Assembly (NCBI RefSeq): GCF_009914755.1
Contig: NC_060933.1
Source: the human T2T-CHM13v2.0 reference genome, Homo sapiens
Reading direction: 5' to 3' (one strand)
Length of the DNA: 64,000 bases
Shown here: positions 1-17,894 of the stretch, piece by piece
Numbering within the stretch: position 1 is the first letter of the stretch
How the letters are laid out: every line of letters begins with the position of its first letter
Notes under the pieces: model-generated
What the model saw: only the letters and a program-made list of their open reading frames with translations
Told to the model about the DNA's origin: nothing
The model's database searches: none
Translations under genes and position numbers: made by a program

Positions 1-879
1 GAATTAATCATCATTTTGATTAATGACATACTTTCATCTTATGCCTATTCATGGTCATCTTTTATATGTAGGTAATTAAATAATAACTTTTACAGGGTTG
101 GAAGTAACCAGCATATAGCACCCTGCATAAAAGCTAAAACCTGAAGAATGACCACATTTAGCCATATATTTTCTCACTCCCATCTCATCCTCTATAATTA
201 CCAGTGTTTGAACCACAACCTCTTTCTTCTCTAAACCACTAGCTGAAATCTAAACTCAGCACTCCAACCTCCCATTTATTGATTTCTGCTAGGCTTCTTG
301 ACGTCTCACCTTGTGCATACATATCTTTGATACTGGCCACACTTAAGGGGCATTTGTATGCAGATATTCAGGCTCTCTCTCTGTGGTTACTTCCTTCTTG
401 GAAATTTGTCTCATGAGCCCCATACACACTAGATACTCTGAACTCTAATCTCTGTCACCTCAACACAGTAAAATTTCACTTTCTGTGTATGCTTTCTTTC
501 TTCACATCAGTATTTGGGAAATGTTATTAGAGGAAAAACGTCTGAGTGAATGTAACTTATAGTCTATAATTATTTCTTTTTAATAATAATCCCACTCAAG
601 CTCTGTATACATTGATTGTTCTCCAGTGTCTTCCAACAGTTGTCTAACATATTTTGCCCAGCTTTTATAGCCAACTTCAGGGTGTGAGTTTGTGCTACTT
701 TATCATGGCCTGAACCTGAAATCCTCTAATTTTATTGAAATGGATGGTTATTATAGTTCATGTTGCATTTCTTGTGTTTCCAATAAGTTTTTAGATTTTC
801 TATTTCTCCACAATTCTGGAATTAAGAATCCATTTGCTTCATTCTAATCTAGTTTCTTATACATAATGCTAAAGGGAGT

Positions 880-1364
880 GTTGTTTCAGTGACTGTCAAC
901 AACTTCTACGTGGGCACCATTCACATTTCCCAAAGTCTCAGCAGCATTTCAAATTGTTGAAAATTTCTTCCTCTTCAAAACATTATTCATTATAGAGTTC
1001 TTTAAAAATACGCCAACCTTGCTTTTCTTCTTGCCACCTCAGCTTTTTATTCCCAACTCAATTGCAACACATTTTTTTCAGCTCATTTGGCATTAATTTC
1101 TATTGTCTGTTTCAACCCTTCCTTGATGATTTAACAATAAAAATAAATAATTCCTTTAAAAGGCTCATAAGTGTCGGTAACTCCCATAGCTTTACTTTTA
1201 CCTTTGACTATTCTCCAACCTTCAGACTTAGACACAAAGTTGTTTAATTACCATGTTGCATTTCTCTCATGCCAAACGTCCACATGACTGATAGTCCTGT
1301 TATTTCTTTCTTCAAAGTACATATCAAATGCATTGACTCTTTCCATCGCCATTGCTACTATTAC
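880..1364 (+). mobile_element. L2 LINE fragment (ancient), continuing at ~1736-1775 and ~3922-3995
   Basis: tctcagcagcatttc...cttcctcttcaaaacatt resembles the L2 consensus as recalled; highly diverged; boundaries approximate. Confidence 0.55.
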
Positions 1365-1735
1365 TGTTTTAGTCAATTCTGACTGCTATCACAAAGACCT
1401 ATAGACTAGGTGGCTTAGAAATAACAAAAATCAATTTTTTCACAGTTCTAAAGGCTAGAAGTCTGAGACCGTGGTACCAGAGTGACCAGGTTTCAGTGAT
1501 ATCTCTCTTCTAATTTGCAGACTACCATTTTCTTCTTGTATCCTCACATGTCAGAGAGTGAGAGAACTCTCTAGGGTCTATTATATAGGGGAACTAGTTC
1601 CGTTTAGGAGGGCTCCAACCTCATGATGTAACCACTTCCTGAAAGTACCACCTCCTAATACCATCATATTAAGGGTTAGGATTTCCACCTATAAGTTTCA
1701 GAGACAGGGTGGCAACAGCCATGCAGTCCATTGCA
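1365..1735 (-). mobile_element. MaLR LTR, MLT1A/MLT1A0-like solo LTR
   Basis: TG...CA ends; motifs gactgctatcacaaa, ggctagaagtctgaga, cacctcctaataccatca, agtccattgca; near-TSD attac(1360-64)/atcac(1736-40). Confidence 0.8.
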
Positions 1736-1775
1736 ATCACTATCCAAGACATCACCATCATCATTATCTCCATTC

Positions 1776-3920
<2,145 letters not shown>

Positions 3921-3997
3921 CTATATTTGGATAATAGTCTCTGACTTTGTCTTCTTGCATTTATTCTTTCCCCCTAAAGTGATTCTTCAAAGAGTAA

Positions 3998-4402
3998 TGT
4001 CAAAGAGAACCAGAGCCAGAGGGTAATTAAAGCAGTAAAGAAAGATTTTATTCAGAAATTATTGCAATGCAGGAAAAGAGACTTTAGTAGAGAAATGAGC
4101 TCAATTCCAAATACAAGCACACATGGAAATTTATAGCAAAAGAGCAGTGTGAGGGGGTCAGTGGATGGAAAATTACTAAGAGGAGACATCAAAAGTAGGG
4201 GAACTCTTGCTAAAACACATTAACAGGATTCTTGCTGAAGGCAGCTCAGGGTGATCAGATATCAAGAGTCTCTCTATATGGACTTAAGGATTCTTGTTAA
4301 AAGTGAGCTATGGAGACTAGGCAAGGGGCCTACGTGAAGATCTAGTTGAGAGGAGAGCTCAAAAATCTGACTAAAGTTTGATGAAGGAGAGAGTCTTTGT
4401 CA
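3998..4402 (-). mobile_element. ERV1 solo LTR, MER31-like
   Basis: Minus strand begins TGACAAAGACTCTCTCCTTCATCAAACTTTAGTCAG and ends ...CTTTGACA; AATAAA near the 3' end; near-TSD gtaa/gtat. Confidence 0.7.
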
Positions 4403-4404
4403 GT

Positions 4405-6080
4405 ATTTGTGTTAATTTTTTTTAATTACTAAAAGTGAGGCTTATTTGCATTCTTCAAGGACTTACCAATTAATAAGCTATGTTAAAATCTCCAGTTTTA
4501 ATGTCTATTTCTTCTTTCAACTTCTGTTATTTCTGCTTTATGAAAATTGTAATTTTGTGTATGTTATTAATATATATTTTATTTTTAATGTAGAATGAAG
4601 CATGATTCCTTCTGTAGAATAAATTTCCCTTCCTTATCCTGTTAAATTTATTTTGTCTTAAATTCTATCTTGTCTCATAGCAAAATTCTGACAACTATTT
4701 CAGGTTCTTGCTATCATACAAGATCTATCTTTGCTCTTCCTTTTACATTAAACCATTCTGAATTGCCTTGTTCAATATGTTTCTTGCACACAGAATAGAT
4801 TGGATTCTGCTCCATTAGCCAACCTAAAAGTACACCATTTAATGGTGAGTTAAGCCCATTTGTGTCTTTGATATACCTGTTATGCTGGTGTTAAGTTCTG
4901 TTATGTAAGTTTTTGCTATATAAATAATTTATATAAAATCTTGCCCTGTATTTACACTTTAATTTGAGGGGCAGGATATACTCATTTGGTATTTATAAAT
5001 GTTTCTATGTTTATTCTTTTTATTATCTTATAATAATATTATAATAAAATATACTAGTCCTCTAGTGTGTTTTAATACTTTCTATTGATTTCTTCAATGA
5101 GTAGTAATACTGTTCTCTAGTAAACTCTCTTTCCTTTCTTCTCTCTTTTTGCTTAACATTTACTTTAATTCCATATTTTTTTAATGGCAGTTAGATACTC
5201 CTGAGATAGTCATTAAGATTCGTCTACTTTCTTTTTCTTCTCCTTTTTTATGTTTGTTGTTGAGTTGCATTATTTCTTCATGTTTAACACACTTAATAGC
5301 ATCATGTTTTGTCACTTTAATCCCCATTACTTGTTCTTAATTATAAAATTAAACATATTTAGTCCTTATCCAGAAGCTTCACATGATGTTTGTCTTCTTG
5401 TCAGTAGGTAGGACATTTCTAAAAAAGCCATCACAGGAACAATGTTTTTTAAAATCATGAATATTCATGATGTTCTACATACCTTAGACATGATTCATAG
5501 TTTGGATGAATAAAATCTCATCTCGCTACTGTGTTATCTGTTTCATAATCATTAAACCATTTCTTGATTACCATCCTGTATAAAATGTTGCTATCAAGAA
5601 GTCTATTATCAATATAAACTTCTTATCCTTTTACCTTCATGCTCAAATAATTAATATTATTTTTTATTTTAATTTTTGTTCTTAGAAATAACCATTACAT
5701 GGGTATTACTATTCTTTGCCTAAGTTCTATGCTTAGAAAATTTTTAGATGTTTTTAATCTCTCAATTTCTGTTTTTTACTCTTATTTTTATACTCTATAT
5801 CTCTTACTATAGTTTGTACCACTTCTATTTGATTTTATGTACCTTCAAATTATTTTCTTTTCTAAAATTTATTTTCTAAAAATTATCTTACTTGTCTCAG
5901 ATTATCTGATTCTCTGATTAATTTTGATTTTGTTCCAATTGTTTTTCTTCAGGGTAAGTATTTTTCTTTTGGGAGTGAGCATTATTGATGATTTCTTGTT
6001 GTAGTTTATTGATATTAAGATCTTACAATACTTCCTTTTATCTTCATTTTATCTTTGCCATTAACTCCAGCTGGTACTGG
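4405..6080 (-). mobile_element. Highly diverged old L1 (L1M/HAL1-type)
   Basis: T-rich L1-antisense-like composition with scattered L1 motifs; subfamily and ends uncertain. Confidence 0.4.
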
Positions 6081-6245
6081 CCCTATGCTGCCAATGATTA
6101 GGACAATTACTCTTGTATTCTGGGTTTTATGCTGATTATTTGTCACCTGTTTTAGTTGGTGATGTCACCCATGGGTTTTTCAGTTACTTCTCCTAACTCC
6201 TCTGCCTGGTGTTTGGTACAGATCCAGACATAAATGAAAGAAAAG

Positions 6246-6332
6246 GAGATAGATAGACAGATGGATAGATAGATGATAGATAGATTGATAGATAGGATAG
6301 ATTAGATAGATAAATAGATAGATAGATACATA
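6246..6332 (+). repeat. Imperfect (TAGA/GATA)n microsatellite
   Basis: Directly visible gatagatagacagatggatagatag... Confidence 0.95.
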
Positions 6333-6524
6333 TTTACATATGTACTTACATACCATAGTTTGCTGCTGAGAGTCTCTCCAGTTTATTTTATTTAATATTC
6401 TCATAATCTAGAAGCTATTCTTTACAATGATAAAATAATTCAACTCTCAGGCAATACTGAGCAAAATATAGCGTAACTAATATCTCAACATACTTGACCC
6501 TATATTTTATATGAAAATAAATGA

Positions 6525-6857
<333 letters not shown>

Positions 6858-7447
6858 TTATTTATTAGGTAAATGTGATACATATTAAGTAAAGCGGGAT
6901 TTTTCTTAGAGAGGATATTTATCTCTATTGGGGTAGCAAAATAAATATGTATAGATTGAATGAATTTGTCTCCCTTTAGGTTTAAATGAGAAATGGGTGT
7001 GTGTTTTTTTTTTGGCCTATTCCTATTTTTCCTGGCTTATTCATATTCTAATTCCTCTTGTTTATATAATTATTCACTTTGATCACCTCATATATTTTAT
7101 CTTTTTCGGGTGGCCTAAAAGCAAAAATATTCTTACAGTCTAGTCAGCATTTGCTGTGCTTTCTTATTATTGTACTTGTTTAGCACAAACTTGATGCTGA
7201 TTCTACTTCTCATTCTTCATGACAAAACAAGTGGAAAAAATATCTGGGAACTGGCTCTATGACATGGCTAAATAACACTAATATGAGTCTTGTGCTCTTA
7301 ATCTATAAAATGGGAATAATAAAAATAGCAAGTCTGTAATCACTGCTGTATGAAAACCCCGAGTTTTATGAGTGCTTCTGGGAATACCTAGTAAAGAAAA
7401 CATATCTGTGTGCTTTATCTTTTAATAGTTAAAAACAGTTTTGACAA

Positions 7448-7604
7448 TAAGTAGTTTATATTTATTAGTTATTATAATACATATAATTGTAAATAGTTTA
7501 TAGGTATTAGTTATTATAATATACATGTACATATAACACATTCATATAAACTATAAGTAGTTTATACGTATTAGTAATTATAATACACCTATTATAATAA
7601 CTAA
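7448..7604. repeat. Degenerate AT-rich ~34-bp repeat (3 copies) with inverted subunits
   Basis: Unit taagtagtttataNNtattagttattataatac at 7448, 7490 and 7554; inverted attataataactaa at 7591. Confidence 0.75.
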
Positions 7605-9477
7605 GAATAGAAAGGCAATGTAGAAACTAAGAGTTATATAATACCCATAGTAATTAATCAATAAGCAAACACTATTTTTAGTATTTTTATACTATTTGTA
7701 TATGTATTCATTACTTTATGTATATAATTCTTTATATAATTCTTAGGTTCTATAATACCTTTATTCTGTATATTTTGAATTATGTATTTAATAGCCTAAT
7801 ATATTTCTAATTTGCAGAAAACAAGGAAAATTGTCTTCCTTCAATTATTATAAGTAAGCATTTCTTTATCCAGGGAGGCTAAAAGGCAAGATCATAACAA
7901 GCTATTATATGGAAAATTATTTCTTCAAAATATTCCTTTTAAAATTGAGGCAACAGAATCATTTTTCCCTCTCATTGTATGTTTAATTTAAAATTGTTTC
8001 AACAACAATATGTAGATTGCCAGTACAAGTTCTCAGGTGTAACAAGACTCACATTTCTTTGTTATACAATACAATATAAATATAAAGTAAAACATTATAT
8101 TAAAATGAAAGTTTTATAATATTTAGACATTAATATCTCAGCCTTTCATTAGCATATTATTTGAAGAAAGGCATTCACTTTTTCACAGGTTACTTCCTTG
8201 CTCCTGAAAATGACGATGTTCTATTTTCTACTATTTCTGTCTAAAAATTTAAACAGGTTAGTATATCCTCTGCATAAATGCTACAAAATACAATGCACAG
8301 TAATTTTGTTAAAATTACTAAATGTTAGTAAAAAATTTGATTAGTTTTCTTAATAATTGTTTCCTTATTTTTCATATCTATATATGCAATCATTCTAAAG
8401 TTAAGAACTGACTACTCTCTTGATAATGGAGAAATCTTTCAACACACAAAAACAAAATTTTTATTGTCTTTTAAATAGGTCCTGAGAAGAGGATTAGAAA
8501 AAGGCAACACATCAAAAAGTTAAGAGGCAGAAATAGCTTTTATCTTGCTGGTAAATTTAATGAGATCTTAAGTTATTCGACTGGCAAGTCTCATCTCTTT
8601 GAGCATCTCAGTGAAGACTGTCAGAAATCATCAAAATTCAACACAACAGAGTAAAAGCTAATAGACTTTTTGTTATACCAAAACTGAAAGGATTGGTAAG
8701 ACTCAAAATGAATGCTATTACTGAAAATCTTCTTTTATCTAATTCTTTGTGCAGTGAGTGAAAATTGAACAAATACATATCCTTTTTATGGTGTTAAAAT
8801 GAATTCTGACACTATTAAACAAATATTCTTTGGTCCTAAGACCTCCTCAATACTTCTTTCACAAGCAGTATTATTAGAATATCCTATGTGACTCTAGTTC
8901 AAAATATTCTGGCTATCATTTGATTATTTTCTGTGAAATAAAAATGAAGCACTCTATTTTTTAAAAAATACTGTGTTTTGATGAAAGAAGTTTTTGAGTG
9001 GTTATCACATTAGATAAATTTTTATTGTAATCAACCTTTGATAATTTCTGACATGATTAATATTTATCTTATTTTCTAGATATTCTTAAGTAACAAAAAG
9101 CAATAAAGATAAAATACAGGACATCAAAGATATCACATACATTCATATATCTCAAGAAATGAAAGCAATGAAAGAGCTGTGCTATGATCCATATTTTTTG
9201 TTTATTGACAACTAATGCAAAATTCCAAACAATAATGAAGCAACTACAGATTTGGGGAAAATAGTAAATCAGAAAGAGCAATTGAGAGAGCCTTTTAGAA
9301 AAAAGTTTTCTCCTTTGGAATTATGTTACATTTTGAGTAATTATTATGATATTCAACCATTAATTTATACATTTGTTTTTAATTTAACATATATTTTGAG
9401 TACTAAATATATCAGGCACTATTATAGGTGCTTGTGCTAATTATCAACCAGTTTTCTAGAATGTGTAAAGTGCCATA

Positions 9478-9630
9478 GAAAATACCTCTTGGGTTCTATG
9501 CTCACTACCTGGATGATGGGTCCAGTCATACCCCAAACCTCAGCATCATGCAGTATACTCTGTAACAAACCCTGACATATATCCTCAAATCTAAAAGTTG
9601 AAATTAAAAAAAATAAAAATAAAAAACAAA
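9478..9630 (+). mobile_element. L1 3' end fragment (old L1PA/L1PB-type)
   Basis: tatgctcactacctggatgatggg...ccaaacctcagcatcatgcagtatact...A-rich tail. Confidence 0.8.
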
Positions 9631-9859
9631 TAATTATATTAAGTATATTAACCAAAACAAAACTAAGTGATTCCGTTTTAGAAAAAGAATTTAGAAATGA
9701 GGGGCAGTGGAAACTAGAATAACACTTATGGTGTTCAATCAGAATCAAAACTATCAATATATACTTAAGTTTACTTTTTTTCTACGTTAGATAGAAATTG
9801 AAAAGAATGTGTAGATATATAAATAGACCTAGATGCACATGTTTGTGTGTGAATGTGTA

Positions 9860-9876
<17 letters not shown>

Positions 9877-9893
<17 letters not shown>

Positions 9894-10178
9894 TTTGAGA
9901 TGCAGTCTTTCTCTGTCGCCCTGCTTGGAGTGCAGTGGCCCGATCTCGGCTCCCTGCAAGCTCTGCCTCCTGGATTCATGCCATTCTCCTGCCTCAGTCT
10001 CCCAAGTAGCTGGGACTACAGGCACCTGCCACCACGCCCAGCTAATTTTTTTGTATTTTTAGTAGAGACGGGGTTTCACCGTGTTAGCCAGGATGGTCTC
10101 GATCTTCTGACCTCATAATCCGCCCATCTCGGCCTCCCAAAGTGCTGGGATTACAGGTGTGAGCCACAGCGCCCGGCC
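9877..10178 (-). mobile_element. AluY with (TA)n/poly-T tail
   Basis: AluY diagnostics gcaagctc and gtgttagccaggatggtctcgatc; approximate TSD aatgtgt.tata. Confidence 0.95.
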
Positions 10179-10199
10179 AAATGTGTGTATATTTCTTAA

Positions 10200-11640
<1,441 letters not shown>

Positions 11641-11649
11641 AGGATAGTG

Positions 11650-12800
11650 TGGATCTTCTGAAGTATTTTGCTAAATATGAAATTCATGGTCCATCCCTGA
11701 GGTCTTTTATATTACAGTGTTTAAGATATAAAATAAATGTAAAGAAAACCAAAGAATGATCAATAGTGATGAAAGTTATCACTATTTCTGGATAAACCAT
11801 GTTCTACGATAGCACATAACTGGTGATAGCTTGGAGTCATGCGAAGACCTCTCCAAGAAAATGAAATGTAAAGTGATGACTTAAATATGGAAAAGGAACC
11901 ATTTGATTAACAAGCCAAACTATGAAGCTTCAAAGACAAGATGTTACCTTGTGCAAAACCCTGACATGGGGAAAAACTGTGTTTCAAGAGTGGAAAGAGC
12001 CCTGTCTCATTAGGAGTGAGGGTCTTGAATGGTGCCTGTGGCTGTAGACAGCAGAGCAGAGCTTTAGCATCCTGAAGATTTGTAATTGTACTCCACAAGC
12101 AACTAAAGGATTTAAGGCAGAGGAGGGAAAGAATCTTGCTTACATTACAAAAAATAAAAAAGAAAAAGAAGAAATAAAAAAATAGAAAAAAATGTAATAT
12201 ATATTATTATTATTACATTGGTTTATAGTAATTGGTTTATATCTAATTTGTTTCCCTGTGTTTATAATACATATATATCTCTGCCTCTTAAACCAAGAAT
12301 AATTTTTACAGGGACAAGAATAAACACAAGGAAATGAATTAGAAAACTATTAAAGTGAAAGGACAAGAAGGTGGAGACCTTGTTCAAAATAATGAAATAC
12401 ATATTTAAGATATGTGCAAGTTTGAAGAAAAGAGCTACTGATAGGGTTTTGGTGTATTAGATAAGATAAAATCAATGGGAACACCAGCTGAAGTAAACAA
12501 ACAAGCATACACACACAAACTGGGAAGCAGAGAAAATAACAAAACTCTACTTAAAACATTATGAATTTCAGTTGTCTATAAAACAATCCACATTTGATAT
12601 TAAGTAAGTAGATGACTATGCAAAGCTCTAACTCAGAGAAGATACCAAAATTGGAAATATTCTGAGATGCTATCATGTAACTGGCCTTTAAACCCATGAA
12701 AATGCTTGAGAACACTCAGGGGAAAAAGTGAGTAAGTAGACAAAAAAGAAAGTACTCAGCTAAGTGGGTTGAAGACAGTACAGGAAATATTGAAGGAGAC
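11650..12800 (-). mobile_element. L2 fragments
   Basis: Purine-rich L2-antisense-like motifs (gcaaaaccctgacatgggg, ggatttaaggcagagg); diverged. Confidence 0.45.
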
Positions 12801-13109
12801 TGTCTATTGTTTGATTGATTTCTTTCAAAGAAAGAATACAAAGTAAGTTGATAACTGAAGGACAACGGAAGGTCAATGTAAACTTTTAACAAAAAGGGAA
12901 TTATTCATTAATGAGAATGATAATACTAAAATGAGAGGGAGAGCTAAGGGACAGAATTTACTTAATATTGGGAGATCTAATCAATTTAGCATAAGACGTG
13001 GTAACTTTGTAGAAGTTTATTGTTATGAATGCTGTGGGAGTGAATGCATTGGGAAACTAAAATAGAATGTTTGGCACTGTTGAGTATCCTTTTAAGTTTT
13101 GTAATGAAT

Positions 13110-13600
13110 TGAAATCATGTTATTAGTTACAACGTGGATGAGCCTGGAGGACATTATGTTAAGTGAAATAAGACAGGCACAGAGAGAGAAAAACCACATG
13201 TTCTCACTTATATGTGGGAGCTAAAAATGAGCTTATAAAAGTAACAAGTAGAATTGCAGTTATCAGAGGCTGGAAAGGATGGGAATAAGAAGAGGATGGA
13301 AAGAGGTTGGTAAGCAAAGTTAACTTTGTAACAAAGTTGTAGCTAGAAGGGAGGAATAGCTCTAGTGTTCTGTAGCACTGTAGGGTGAATTAAGTTAACA
13401 ATAATTTAGTGAATTTTTTTAAAAACCTACCAGAGAGAATTCTGAATATTCACATCACAAGGAAATGACAAATGTACAAGGTGATAGATATGCTAATTAC
13501 TCTGATTAGATTATTTCATATTGTATACATGTATCAAAATATCACTCTGTATCCCATAAATACATATAATTATGTGCCCACTAAAAATAAAGAAAAAATA
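13110..13600 (+). mobile_element. L1MA-type 3' end
   Basis: gtggatgagcctggaggacattatgttaagtgaaataag...gatatgctaattac...aaaatatcactctgtatccc...A-rich tail. Confidence 0.85.
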
Positions 13601-14001
13601 GAATTCAAAATATAATCAATCTTCAACAAAAGCTTGTTAAATTAAGACAAAGAAACTATTGAAAATGATTTTTAATTCTGAATTTAAATTAAAATAATCT
13701 AGCTTAATTATGTCATTTCCCCCCAGAATTCTTAAGCTTTTTGGATGCTAGCCCATTAAAAAAAAGAAAAAATTTGGAATCATATTGTTTACTCTAATAA
13801 CCTAGTCTAAATCATGATTCTAGAGAGAAGTGGTAAAGACTCAAATTGTTATTATTTAGAAACTTAGCCTTCTGAAGGCAATATTAGGGAAAAAGAAATC
13901 TAGGCCACAATGAGAATGAGAGTAATTTAAACAGGAAAAGGAAGAATCATAGAGATTATTGAAAATGCCATCAACTAAGCATAATTCAAACAGAAGACAA
14001 C

Positions 14002-14002
14002 A

Positions 14003-14033
<31 letters not shown>
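14002..14033 (+). repeat. (AT)n followed by (T)n
   Basis: Directly visible. Confidence 0.9.
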
Positions 14034-16135
14034 CACCTAGGATTAGTAAATCAAGAAAATTGTATTACAATTTTATTGGATGATGAGTTCTATAATATAA
14101 TAAGTATAAAAAAAGAAGTAAAAGACTTGACATATACCATAATAAAATATTTAATAAGAACATATCTAGTAAGTACATAGAAATATATAAATAAAAACAG
14201 CTTTATTCAATAAGTATTTGTGACTATTATATATCTTATCTCATTTATCTTCACATTATTTTTGTAGGATAAATATTACTAATTTGATGTGTTGGTTGCA
14301 AAAAGGGTAATGTCACTGAAAGAAGTCAGATAGCCTGATTAAGGTTTTACATTCAGTCATTGTGACAAATATATAATGAGAACACAATTTCTCTTATTAT
14401 ATCAAACTACCTGCTAAACAACAAAAGGAGTTTGATGATTTAATTACATATACTTTATCTTAATTCCCAAAGTGTATTAATAGGGAAGGGCATTCTTTGT
14501 TGGTACTTGATGAGGTAAGAATTAAGAATTTAAAACTTATTGGTATAAACATATACCTAATTTAAATCATTTAAGTTATGATATATTAAGCTAATACATG
14601 CTTGAATTTGTTACTACTTTTGAAAAATTCTGTGTCTCCCCACACCTTCCTCATTCCACTTCGCTAGTTATTATGTTTCTTTTTTAATTTATGAAGATGG
14701 AATATAATGCCCAATTCATAATACTGTTTTTCAGGTACAAAGTTGGCATAGACAATACTGAAATACATGTGATGACATTTACAGTAGCAATTCAAATTAA
14801 AAGAGAAAAACATCTTTCTAAACCATCTTCAAGTAAACACTTGCCATTTATTTCTACTAGCAAATATTTCTATGTATCCTAAAAATTAAAAGTGATATAC
14901 ATTGAGTAAGACTTTACAGTACTCAGAATACTATAATGGAAAAATATGTATTTGATATGTTTTCCTGCCATTTCACTATCTAGAAATTGTCCTAATCCTT
15001 AAAAGAGATCATTAGCTAGCCACTGAAATCTCAGGGGAAAAGCTGTTAAAACTGACAGCTACATTTTTTAACACTACACATATAGACAACTCAGAGTTTA
15101 AATACATTGGATTTGTAATCTCTCTGTTATTTAGAAGAGGTGCTGTATAGGTGAAGGACTCATTTTGTGAACCTTTCTTAGTATATCAGCTAATTTATTC
15201 TTAGAACATTTCTAGAGAAAGAAAAACAGCAAGAGATCATCAGAGAATTAAAAAAGGGTATTATAAAAATGAGTTAAAATCATTTAAAGTAGCAGTTTAT
15301 TTTTTCAGAAAAGAATTTTAAGCCTCTACATATTTATGAAGAAGAATGGAAACTCTTGAACAACAGTCATGAAAATTTAAAATACAGATCTGATAAAAAA
15401 TTCCTCTGCCTGTTTTATCAAATGTGTTTAGATTGGAAATAAATGGGGAGTTTGTTTCATAGCTCCCCTGGGTTGGAGGTAAAAAGTTTCTATTCCTTAG
15501 GAAATGGAATAAAATAAATTGGTTAAAAGAACTTTTGAGATTCATTCGTCCATAGCATTCTAAAATAGGAATTAGCTTAGAAAGGTCATCGATGACCAAA
15601 ATTATCTGAGTTTGGTGGAGATAAAAAAGCAAGACTGAAAGTTATATATTTTTTTCAAGCAATGTTTGAATGGATAAAGTACAGAAGGAGAAAAATGGTT
15701 GCATTTCTATGCATTGAAAATGCTTATTTGGTTTTCTTTTAAGCTTGTTGTTTCAAATGGCCCACTTAAATTTACTGACCCTATACCAAATAAATTAATC
15801 TCACTTTTCACACTGCTATCCCTCTAGTTTCTTGCCTCAATTTATTCCAGAATGACATTCTACATTTATTCAATAAGTACTCAGAGGGATGTGTTATGTG
15901 CATGGCATTCAACTAACCATTAGTTGGACAAGACAAACTAAGTAAAGCATATCTTTCCTGCCTTCTTAAAGTTTGCAGTTTAATTATCTTGATTTCGAGC
16001 CTCATTCTCTTACATTTTCACTAATTTTCCATATTTTTTCTAAGTCTCTGAAAAGTTTGGATAGTGAATTCCATCACTTTTATATTAGCTAAGCTCTCAT
16101 TGGCTTTCTAACTCAATTTATCACATGGATATTGA

Positions 16136-16456
<321 letters not shown>

Positions 16457-17046
16457 TCAACCATGTTTTCAATTCTGAAAACAACTAAGAAGTATATGAC
16501 CGTTCTTACCTTCAAATAAATACAATTTTAGTCTAAATCATAAAAGGACTCTATATAGGTAAATTCATCATAAGTTAGGAAGTACAAGTGGAATGAAAAG
16601 TTGAAAAAAATGGCATAGTACGTGAGTATGAAAGGATACGGAATTAAAACCCATCTAGAAGATTCAGTAAAATATATGGCTTCCTTTTTATCCAAATAAT
16701 TTTAGAAATTTTCCCTCCAACTTCCACACTTCTATGGCATTCAATTCCCATCTTTATTTTATTTCGTCTTATATTTTCTTTTACCTTCTGTCTTTACTTT
16801 CCCTTCTTGTTGAAGTAATTATTTCCTAGAAACATAGATCTTCATAAAGGTTATTATTGATTTAACATCTAAAGTTATCATATAATAGGAGCTAGATTAT
16901 GTTATCTAGCAATTTATCAATTGCAAAAATTTCACCCAATTGTAATTTAGAAAAAGTGTCAAACCCCCTAATAAGTTGCAAGAATAACAAAACTAATATT
17001 CAAATGCATGCAACTCAATCCATAATCCATGTTTGTGTGTGTAAAG

Positions 17047-17344
<298 letters not shown>

Positions 17345-17565
17345 AAATTTTTTAACTTATTCAAAAATCAGTTGTATACATCACTATAATATATATACAT
17401 ATATATACATATGTATAATATGTATATATCACTATAATATATCACAGGGATAAGCAAATTATTTCTATAAAGAGCAATATAACAAATATTTTAGGAGTGT
17501 GTGTCTGTGTGTGTGTAAACTTTTGAGCTTATTCAAAAAGTAGTTGCAAACATTATTATGAGTCA

Positions 17566-17894
17566 CAGTGTCAGCAAAGTATTTATTTCTATAAAGGGTA
17601 AGACAGTAAATATTTTAGGCTTTGGGAACATTGTAGAAGTCTCTGTCACAACTGCTAAACCCTGTTGTAACAAGAAAGTAGACAATATGCAAACAAATGG
17701 CTGTGGCTACAATATTATCAACTTTATTCATAGACACAAATGTTAAATTTTGTTAATTTTGTGTTACGAACTATTATTCTTCTGTTGATATTTTTGTATT
17801 ATTCAAAAAATATAAAAACATTCTTAGCTGCAGGTTGTACAAAAACAGGCAATAGGACAGGTTCAGTGTATGGGCTGAAGTCTGCTGAACCCTG
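17566..17894 (+). mobile_element. MER58B (hAT-Charlie DNA transposon)
   Basis: Terminal inverted repeats cagtgtcagcaaa / tctgctgaaccctg; taaagggtaagacagtaaatattttaggc; cattcttagc...tacaaaaacaggc. Confidence 0.85.
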
